A DNA stretch of 32,000 nucleotides from Candidatus Saccharimonadota bacterium (GTDB taxonomy: Bacteria; Patescibacteriota; Gracilibacteria; UBA1369; 2-02-FULL-48-14), in NCBI GenBank assembly GCA_041661045.1, contig JBAZVE010000001.1:210001-242000 (forward strand), written 5' to 3'. Each line of letters starts with the position of its first letter. The first letter of the stretch is position 1. The position numbers and the translations under genes are program-made. Under the pieces are notes generated by a model that worked only from the letters and a program-made list of their open reading frames with translations, was not told the origin of the DNA and made no database searches. This document shows positions 25,317-32,000 of this stretch, piece by piece.

Positions 25317-26564
25317 ATGACTGAAACTCCTACTGCACTCTTAGACATTCCCCGAGACTTGGCTCAACAAGAAGTGCGCGCCCCTTTTAATGCACAGGAG
25401 ATCCTTTTTTACTTGGATCACCTTGAGACCCTTCTTCAAACGCATGCCCCACTCTTTGAATCAAAACTTCCTTCTGCAGAGTGGCAGAGGGGTATAGGAG
25501 TTGTGAGGGCTGCACTACAAGATCAGTTTAAGGATTTGAGTGTGGCTTTACCGAGACCTAATCAGGTAGGAGTGAAACTGTCTGACCTTATTTGTACACC
25601 CATTGATCAGTCTGTGAGAGGTAGCCATGAAGAAGCCTTGGGGCAGTATTTAAGGGACCCTGCTGTTGTCCAAGTGAGGTGGTTCCTGCAACAGTATCTT
25701 GGGCTACGAAGAGGCGTGTTGAACCACTCTGGTTTTGATCAGGGCCTTCCCGTCTTACTAGAAAATTCTGTAGCGACTGTGGATATTAACATGTTGAGGA
25801 ATTCCTTCATGATCCCAAACTCAGGTCCCGCTATGCCCGATTCTACGATTAGCAGGATGCACAAGGTCTTTCCTAGCCTGCAATTATCTGATTTACGACC
25901 GATATTCACTGCTATGGGTCTTCAAGTTTTTGACCTGGTTCGAAGCAATGCTCTCCATGCAAGTGGTGCAGCTCCTGCAGCGCCAGCCCCGGCAACGGAA
26001 GTTCGCGTCGCCCCTAAAGCGATAGAAGCGGTGCCGGTCACCTCCGATTTGGCTCAAGGAGTTCAAGTGATGGGTCTGGGCTTTGAAGGGTCTTTTAATC
26101 GTGCGATAGAGGAACTCAGCTCCTTGGTGACTGGATTGAAAGATCAGCGTGCCCCGTTCGGAACTCTAAAAAATCCTGATGAGGTGGAGGCGCAGAAAGC
26201 TGAGGCTGAACGAGTTATTAGAGAGGCAGAAGCTGCGCTTGCTGCGTTCCAAGAGAGGAAAGCAACAACAATACAATCGCTGAATCAGCTGCTCCTAGAA
26301 ATCGGGCAGAGTGGGACCGGTTTGAATCCTGACGCTGAAAAGGCCTTTGATGAGAAAGAAAAAGGACTGACCGACACTCTTGAGAATGCCAGAAGGACAC
26401 TTGCGACTACAATACAAGAACTGGAGGGGCTCCGCGAACAATTCGAAGCCGCTGCGGCTCTCGACACCAAGATTCAAGATATTGAAGCAAGACTTTCCGG
26501 ACTCAGAGCTCTGTCCGCAGAAGTGTCTCAAATAAGAGTTAAAGCCCTTAGCCTTCTTCCCTAA
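25317..26564 (+). CDS. Hypothetical protein (415 aa) with Ala/Pro linker and C-terminal coiled-coil-like region
   Basis: ATG ORF with no TM and no recognised motif. It has a central ASGAAPAAPAPATE linker. The C-terminal ~130 aa is rich in E/A/L/K with heptad-like spacing (EVEAQKAEAERVIREAEAALAAFQERK...). The stop overlaps the next start (TAATG). Confidence 0.7.
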   Translation: MTETPTALLDIPRDLAQQEVRAPFNAQEILFYLDHLETLLQTHAPLFESKLPSAEWQRGIGVVRAALQDQFKDLSVALPRPNQVGVKLSDLICTPIDQSVRGSHEEALGQYLRDPAVVQVRWFLQQYLGLRRGVLNHSGFDQGLPVLLENSVATVDINMLRNSFMIPNSGPAMPDSTISRMHKVFPSLQLSDLRPIFTAMGLQVFDLVRSNALHASGAAPAAPAPATEVRVAPKAIEAVPVTSDLAQGVQVMGLGFEGSFNRAIEELSSLVTGLKDQRAPFGTLKNPDEVEAQKAEAERVIREAEAALAAFQERKATTIQSLNQLLLEIGQSGTGLNPDAEKAFDEKEKGLTDTLENARRTLATTIQELEGLREQFEAAAALDTKIQDIEARLSGLRALSAEVSQIRVKALSLLP

Positions 26565-28981
26565 TGAACGAACCCGCATCTACACCGTCAGCTCCGGAGA
26601 GCGTAACCAATCCTGAGTTCAAGTCAGACTATCTTCGTAAACTCTTTGAAAACAAGAATTGGCGTAGAATTCTGCAGTTGATGCAAGCCCATCCTCGAAA
26701 TGAAGCAACGGCTCATGGGTTAAGGGTAGAAACCGTGCAAGAAATTATTCGACAGGTGATAAATGAGGTCACTGGCCCTGGAGGTACGGCTTCGGAGGCA
26801 GACATCCCTCCCGAGTTGATCGGGGCACTCCGTAGGGCTGCTGAAGGGTCTTTGCAAGCGCTTAGTGCCTTCTCAACCAGTAAGCCGGGAAAGGATGTCT
26901 TGGATGTAAAGACGACAGGTGAAAAGACCTTGTTGAGAAGGAAACTGACGGATCCTGTCACCGAATCACGACCTATACGGGAAGTTTTGGACGGTGCAAA
27001 GAAATCAACCCGAGCCCAAAGTGTCCGGTTCGGTGGTTTGATTAAGGGCGCAGGAGACCGTGCCTGTGCCCTTCTTTTGGAAAAAGGTTTCGTGTTTCCG
27101 GATAAATCCATTTATCGCCTCCCTTCGATGTCCACGGAGTATGCTGGTTTCGATAGGATGGGAGCAGAGTTAATGAAGGAGGCTGAAGCTTCGACCTCTC
27201 TAACTCTTTCAAATTGGCTTCATGATGTTTCTTTGGCGGAAATCGGGCAGTTTTCTCCAAAAATGGTTTGTGATTTTATCGAAAAGGTTTATGCAAGGCC
27301 CATGGCTTATCCCGGCATGATCTCCCTCTTGGACAACCCAAGAGAAAAGGCCTGGCTGGACAGCGTGTATCAAATGGCCGATAGGCTAAGAAGGACTGAA
27401 GTAGCTTTGGTACAGATGTGGGTTAAACTTGATGACGAAGCGAAGGGGCTGTCTCAAGAGCCTGTGGTTCCAGCTGTGGAGCCTGTGGCTGCGGCTGAAG
27501 AGGTTGTAGCTCCAGTTGAAGAAGCTCTGGTTGTGACTGAAGAGATTGTGACTGTGGTTGTTGAGCCGGTGGCTGAGGTTGAAATGCCTGTCATTGAAGA
27601 GCTTGGGGCTCCAGTTGAAGAAGCTCCGGTTGCGATTGAGGAGCTTGAGATTCCAGTTGTAGTTGAAGAAGTTTTGCTTGGAGAGGTCCCAGCCGTGGAG
27701 TCTGCGGTTGTGGCCGAAGAGCCAGTGGCTCCAGTTGAAGAAGCTCCGGTGCAGGTGACCACTCGTGAACGACCTGCGGATATGCTCGCTTTTACGCAAA
27801 CCGTACTTTTGGAGCTGGCTCACCCAGGCAGTACGGGTGCAAGTATTGATGCGGATCTCCTTAAGAAAGTCTGGGCAAAGCTCAAGAGTGCTTCTGAACA
27901 AGATCCACAAACAATGTTTGCTGTTTTGCAAGAAAGTGTGGAAGCCTGGTTTAATGAAGCGGTTTCCTTAGCTCCGGTTCCCCCAATGGTGGAGGCCGGC
28001 CCTTTGGTGGTGGAAGCGGTACAAACTCCTGCTGTACAAGCTCCTGAAAGAGCACCGGTCTTGTTTTCTGCCGTGGTTCCTCCTGAACAGTTCGAGGCGC
28101 TTTGCCAAAAGGCTCAGACTCCAGCTCAGACCTTCTGGGAAACGCTCGGCGTTGAAGATCCCGAACAATTCACTTGGGAAGAGATGCAAGAAATTCTTCA
28201 GTCTATTCAAAGGGATCCCCATTTTAGGGACTTCCATAATGGAGTTCGATCTATCCTCATGGAACTGAGAAGCTACCTGCGTACGCCCGCCCCTCGAAAG
28301 GCGCGCTCGCTTCCAGTCCGTGTTGGGAAAGAAGCCTTTCCTGCGCTACATACGCTCCCTCGTCTTGGCCTCGCTCGTCGGGAACCCTTGGACTTAGACA
28401 TTATGGGGGCTCAAACAGGAGTCGTTGCCCATATGGGTTATATCCCCGGGGAAGGCGACCGTGAACGGTTACATGTGGTTTCGGTGGATCTTATGCTGGC
28501 GGTTTTGGTTGCTGCGGATTCTCAATTTTTTACGATGCATGGCGATGTGTGGAAAAATATAGATCCTAGCCGTTCTTTAACGCAATGGACGAGCTATCCT
28601 GATGGAATGAGCGCGAAACAGAAAGCTGCTCTTTGGAGGCAAGTGAAAGGTCCTTTTTCAGCTTTTGTTAGGGATTTACCTCCGCTAAGAAATCCGCAAC
28701 AGCATTGGGTTGTGATTGCGGGGGCGGGTGTGGGACCGGTGCTTCCTGTGAAAAGCTATGGAAATGGTCGGGAAACCCGCATCGAGACTGAGATTCGCCT
28801 TCTTGTTGAGGCTGAAGGGAAACAACACGAAGGTCGTCCTGAAGAATTGCTCCCCCTTTCCGCTCAACCTGATGGCCGCTTTTACAGCCGTGTCAGCGAT
28901 GAAGCCTTACGAAGTGCTTTGCGGGCGGCGGACTTTAGAGATGCCCTATTGAGCAATGTGGCAGGTAGAAAACCTGCTTAA
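26564..28981 (+). CDS. Hypothetical protein (805 aa) with internal acidic P/V/E repeat linker
   Basis: Long ORF translationally coupled to the 415-aa gene. No TM and no recognised catalytic motif. The ~100-aa V/E/P/A repeat region separates an N-terminal ~300-aa part from a C-terminal ~400-aa part. The stop overlaps the mutS stop (cTTAAa). Confidence 0.75.
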   Translation: MNEPASTPSAPESVTNPEFKSDYLRKLFENKNWRRILQLMQAHPRNEATAHGLRVETVQEIIRQVINEVTGPGGTASEADIPPELIGALRRAAEGSLQALSAFSTSKPGKDVLDVKTTGEKTLLRRKLTDPVTESRPIREVLDGAKKSTRAQSVRFGGLIKGAGDRACALLLEKGFVFPDKSIYRLPSMSTEYAGFDRMGAELMKEAEASTSLTLSNWLHDVSLAEIGQFSPKMVCDFIEKVYARPMAYPGMISLLDNPREKAWLDSVYQMADRLRRTEVALVQMWVKLDDEAKGLSQEPVVPAVEPVAAAEEVVAPVEEALVVTEEIVTVVVEPVAEVEMPVIEELGAPVEEAPVAIEELEIPVVVEEVLLGEVPAVESAVVAEEPVAPVEEAPVQVTTRERPADMLAFTQTVLLELAHPGSTGASIDADLLKKVWAKLKSASEQDPQTMFAVLQESVEAWFNEAVSLAPVPPMVEAGPLVVEAVQTPAVQAPERAPVLFSAVVPPEQFEALCQKAQTPAQTFWETLGVEDPEQFTWEEMQEILQSIQRDPHFRDFHNGVRSILMELRSYLRTPAPRKARSLPVRVGKEAFPALHTLPRLGLARREPLDLDIMGAQTGVVAHMGYIPGEGDRERLHVVSVDLMLAVLVAADSQFFTMHGDVWKNIDPSRSLTQWTSYPDGMSAKQKAALWRQVKGPFSAFVRDLPPLRNPQQHWVVIAGAGVGPVLPVKSYGNGRETRIETEIRLLVEAEGKQHEGRPEELLPLSAQPDGRFYSRVSDEALRSALRAADFRDALLSNVAGRKPA
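27461..27757 (+). repeat. Coding low-complexity repeat (APVEEAPV-type) with exact 19-23-nt DNA repeats
   Basis: gctccagttgaagaagctccggt occurs exactly at 27608-27630 and 27728-27750. Its first 19 nt also occur at 27509-27527. The region encodes VPAVEPVAAAEEVVAPVEEALVVTEEIVTVVVEPVAEVEMPVIEELGAPVEEAPVAIEELEIPVVVEEVLLGEVPAVESAVVAEEPVAPVEEAPVQV. Confidence 0.85.
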
Positions 28982-31542
28982 ATCTTCTTGAGCTCATTCA
29001 GCGCGTTTAGAGCCTCGAGGGGGGTCATTTGATTGAGGTTGAGGTTCTTGAGGCGCTCGAGGGCGGGATGGGTGAGTGTGCCGGGGTCGCGGACAAAAAG
29101 AGTGGGCTGATTGATGGGGATTTTGTGGGGGTCTTGAATTTTTTCATTTTCAAGAGTGTGCAAAAGGTCTTTGGCACGGTCGAGGATTGGGGAGGGAAGG
29201 CCGGCGAGACGGGCGACTTCGATGCCGTAACTCTTGTCGATGCCTCCGGCTTTAATCTGGTGGAGAAAGAGCACTTCTTTTTCGGTTTCTTGGACTAAAA
29301 CGCAGTGATTTTGGGCGCGGGGAAGTTCTTCGGCGAGTTTGATGAGCTCGTGGTAATGGGTGGCAAAGAGAGTGAAGCCGCGAATGCTTTCGTGCAGATG
29401 TTCGAAAATAGCCCAGGCCAAGCTGAGTCCATCGAAGGTGCTGGTTCCACGGCCCACTTCGTCCAAAATAATAAGGCTTTTGGGGGTGGCGCTCCGCAAA
29501 ATGGTGGCGGACTCCTGCATTTCCACCATAAAAGTGGATTGGCCGCGCATCAGGTTGTCGTTGGCGCCCACTCGCGTAAAAATACGGTCGAAGACGCGCA
29601 TGCGCACCGATTCGGCGGGGACAAAAGACCCAATTTGGGCCATGAGCACAATGAGGGCCACCTGGCGAAGATAAGTGGATTTTCCGCTCATGTTGGGCCC
29701 GGTGATGAGGTGGATTTCGTCTTCATCGGCCTTAAAAATGGCATCGTTTGGGGTGAATGCTTGCTCAAAACTCTGTTTTTCCACTACGGGATGGCGACCC
29801 TTTTTGATTTCGAGCACCGGCTCCCTCACCAGTTCGGGGCGGCAATAACGGGAGTGCCGCGCCCCTTTTGCAAAAGACAAAAGCACATCCAGTTCGGCCA
29901 GCACCGCCGCATTTTCCTTTATGGCGTGAATATTTTTGAGCGCTTCTTCCCGTAGGTTTAGAAAGAGCTCGTGTTCCAGCGCCTTGCTTCGCTCTTCCGC
30001 GGTGAGTACTTTTTCTTCGTATTCCTTGAGCTCCGGCGTGATGAACCGTTCGCCGTTCACCAAGGTTTGCTTGCGGATGTAATGCGGCGGCACTTGATCG
30101 AGCTTGCCCCGGCTGATTTCAATATAATAGCCAAACACTCGGTTAAAACTCACCTTCAGCGTGCTGATTCCGGTGGCGGCAATTTCCTCTTGTTCGATGC
30201 GGCGGAGCGCGGAGCGGGCATCTTTCATGAGTCCGTGGAGCTCATCGAGGCCCGGATGAAAACCGGTTTTTATAATTCCTCCTTCCGTGAGGCGGAGCGG
30301 CGGCGTGTCCACAATGGCGCTTTGAATGAGTGCCACGAGTTCATCCAGAGGCTTGAGCTTGCCTCGAAGTTCGGCGAGGAGCGGAGCCTGCGCTCCACCC
30401 AGGACGGCTTGAATTTTTGGGATCCGCCCTAGGGCTTGGGCCAGGCCCCCTAAATCTCGAGCATTTCCGGTGGCTCCGCTGAGGCGCCCCGTGAGTCTTT
30501 CTAAATCTCCCAATCCCTCTATGCCGTCTTCGAGCCCGGCACGGAGCTCTTCATCTTTCACCAAGTTTTCCACACTGCCCAAGCGCTCTTCAATGGCCTC
30601 TTTTTTGAGCAGCGGCCGTGCAATCCATTGGCGCAGCAGTCGCCCTCCCATTGAGGTCTGGGTTTGATCCAGAACTGAAAGCAGCGTTCCCTCCTCATGT
30701 TCCCCTCTCAACGGAGAAAAAAGCTCCAAATTGCGGATGGTTGCTTCGTCCAAAGGCATAAAAGACTCCCGATGATACGCTTGAATGCGGTCGATGTGGC
30801 TGAGCCCTTCCTTTTGGGTGTCGATGAGGTAGCGGAGCAAAATCCCGGAGGCCTGAATGGCAAAGGGCAAATTCGCGATCCCAAAGAGTTCCAGGGTTGT
30901 GATTTTAAAACTTCGGGTCAATAAAATGTGAGCTTCTTCATAAAAATTGCAGGAAGAAATGGGGGCTTCCCCGAGCTCCGCCAAGGCCGCCCGAAGTACC
31001 GGATCTTCATAATCTTCTCGCCTCAGCACTATTTCCGCCGGTTGGAGCCGCAAAAACTCTGTTCGCAGTGCCTCCTCCCCCTGAAATTCCGCCGCATAAA
31101 ATTCCCCCGTGCTCAAATCGGCAAAGGCCAATCCAAAATAATCTTTTTTGGGGAAAAGCGCGCAAATAAAACGACTCCGCTTGTTTTCCAAAACCTGCTC
31201 GCTGGTGGTGGTTCCCGGCGTGATGACGCGGATCACTTTTCGGTCCACAATTCCCGGCAAACTCGGGTCCGTCATCTGTTCACAAATCGCCACTTTTTTC
31301 CCCGCCTTGGTGAGCCGCGCGATGTAATTTTCCGCACTGTGATAAGGCACGCCGCACATGGGCAAAGGGTTTTCACTTTTTTTGTCCCGCGAGGTTAGCG
31401 TGATCTCCAAAATCTTGGATGCCTCGAGCGCGTCAGAGCCGAACATTTCGTAAAAATCCCCCAAACGAAAAAACAAAATCGCGCCCGGATACTGCGCCTT
31501 TATGGCTTGATACTGCTGCATCATGGGGGTCGCTTCGCTCAT
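28978..31542 (-). CDS. mutS: DNA mismatch repair protein MutS
   Basis: 854 aa. N-terminal mismatch-binding signature (TPMMQQYQAIKAQYPGAILFFRLGDFYEMF), Walker A GPNMSGKSTYLRQ, Walker B LILDEVGRGTSTFDG, and TLFATHYHEL. Confidence 0.98.
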   Translation of the reverse strand: MSEATPMMQQYQAIKAQYPGAILFFRLGDFYEMFGSDALEASKILEITLTSRDKKSENPLPMCGVPYHSAENYIARLTKAGKKVAICEQMTDPSLPGIVDRKVIRVITPGTTTSEQVLENKRSRFICALFPKKDYFGLAFADLSTGEFYAAEFQGEEALRTEFLRLQPAEIVLRREDYEDPVLRAALAELGEAPISSCNFYEEAHILLTRSFKITTLELFGIANLPFAIQASGILLRYLIDTQKEGLSHIDRIQAYHRESFMPLDEATIRNLELFSPLRGEHEEGTLLSVLDQTQTSMGGRLLRQWIARPLLKKEAIEERLGSVENLVKDEELRAGLEDGIEGLGDLERLTGRLSGATGNARDLGGLAQALGRIPKIQAVLGGAQAPLLAELRGKLKPLDELVALIQSAIVDTPPLRLTEGGIIKTGFHPGLDELHGLMKDARSALRRIEQEEIAATGISTLKVSFNRVFGYYIEISRGKLDQVPPHYIRKQTLVNGERFITPELKEYEEKVLTAEERSKALEHELFLNLREEALKNIHAIKENAAVLAELDVLLSFAKGARHSRYCRPELVREPVLEIKKGRHPVVEKQSFEQAFTPNDAIFKADEDEIHLITGPNMSGKSTYLRQVALIVLMAQIGSFVPAESVRMRVFDRIFTRVGANDNLMRGQSTFMVEMQESATILRSATPKSLIILDEVGRGTSTFDGLSLAWAIFEHLHESIRGFTLFATHYHELIKLAEELPRAQNHCVLVQETEKEVLFLHQIKAGGIDKSYGIEVARLAGLPSPILDRAKDLLHTLENEKIQDPHKIPINQPTLFVRDPGTLTHPALERLKNLNLNQMTPLEALNALNELKKI

Positions 31543-31551
31543 GTCCGCATG

Positions 31552-31977
31552 CTAGCGATGCTTGCGGGCGCGCGCAAGGCCACAAAAGGCTCCCAATCCC
31601 GCAAGAATTCCCGCGACTGCCCAAAAAACCGTGAAATCTTTTTGAACTTCCGGGGCTGGAGTCGCCTGGAGTCCCTCCAAAACTTCTTTATTTTCTTCGT
31701 ATAGTAGTGTGATCACTCCGCACGCCTGTCTCACCGAGGTGTAAAAATCCTCCCTTTTTTTAAGGAAAATAATATAGTCCTGATCATCTGTAATCACCAC
31801 ACCGTACTCGCAATCAGCGGTGAAACTTTCCACCCTAATGGGGTTCTCCGTGAGTTCTCCCTTAAAGATTTCTTTTGCCGTGATTTCTATGATCTGCGGG
31901 TATTCTTCTTTGCTTGCGTCGCTTCGCGTTCCCACAATAATCAAATCGCTGGCCTCCATGGTTTCCTCAAGGCCCAA
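31552..31977 (-). CDS. Hypothetical small protein with C-terminal TM anchor, immediately upstream of mutS (5' end uncertain, may extend past the window edge)
   Basis: ORF ending 9 nt before the mutS start. The C-terminus FTVFWAVAGILAGLGAFCGLARARKHR is a TM helix plus a basic tail. The track start at 31977 is a TTG and the first ATG is 31959. The frame has no stop between 31978 and the right edge, so the gene could be longer. Confidence 0.55.
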   Translation of the reverse strand: MGLEETMEASDLIIVGTRSDASKEEYPQIIEITAKEIFKGELTENPIRVESFTADCEYGVVITDDQDYIIFLKKREDFYTSVRQACGVITLLYEENKEVLEGLQATPAPEVQKDFTVFWAVAGILAGLGAFCGLARARKHR

Positions 31978-32000
31978 GACTCTATCCGTTGGGCACTCTT

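Noticed and set aside
27386-27931. 181-aa and 102-aa minus-strand ORFs with S/T/G-rich repeats (could be mistaken for a secreted repeat protein)
   Set aside because: They are the reverse-complement reading of the GAA/GTT/CCA-rich acidic repeat of the 805-aa gene. They exist only within the repeat and are flanked by the continuous plus-strand frame.
1-32000. Alternative genetic code (UGA recoding, as in some candidate-phyla bacteria)
   Set aside because: UvrA, MutS, ThrS and RecF are full length with conserved termini under the standard code. TGA is used as a genuine stop for recF, the PrsW-like gene and the 424-aa gene.
1-32000. CRISPR arrays, tRNA/rRNA genes, insertion sequences, prophage or integrase remnants
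   Set aside because: Intergenic spaces are all under 200 bp. None shows repeat-spacer periodicity, cloverleaf-compatible structure or terminal inverted repeats. No ORF shows transposase, integrase or reverse-transcriptase motifs.

Overview
Gene-dense (about 90% coding), mostly minus-strand chromosomal segment that reads cleanly with the standard bacterial code. Recognisable housekeeping genes are uvrA (680-3538 -), recF (6465-7541 -), thrS (7640-9415 +), rpsF-ssb-rpsR (19864-18595 -) and mutS (28978-31542 -). Also present are a PrsW-type membrane protease, a CBS-pair protein plus ArsB/NhaD-type permease pair, a TrmB-like regulator, a HAD-IIB-like phosphatase, and an edge-truncated MFS-like transporter (1-671 -) that the ORF track misses. 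I saw no rRNA, tRNA, CRISPR array, transposase or integrase. Two blocks resist annotation and are the main leads. (1) A tightly coupled five-gene operon (18505-9412, minus; 174/531/424/752/1118 aa) sits directly downstream of rpsF-ssb-rpsR. All products are orphans with a shared membrane-association theme and no NTPase motif, which makes it a candidate undescribed envelope or host-interface apparatus. (2) A plus-strand block (21024-28981) holds an SF2 helicase carrying five tandem ~77-aa wHTH-like C-terminal repeats, followed by three orphan proteins (209, 415, 805 aa). The last two are translationally coupled behind a near-consensus promoter. Genome style (overlapping convergent stop codons, no visible Shine-Dalgarno motifs, apparently leaderless starts, TGS-less ThrRS, many orphans) suggests a reduced-genome uncultivated lineage (Patescibacteria/CPR-like). 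That is inference only and cannot be verified without database searches.
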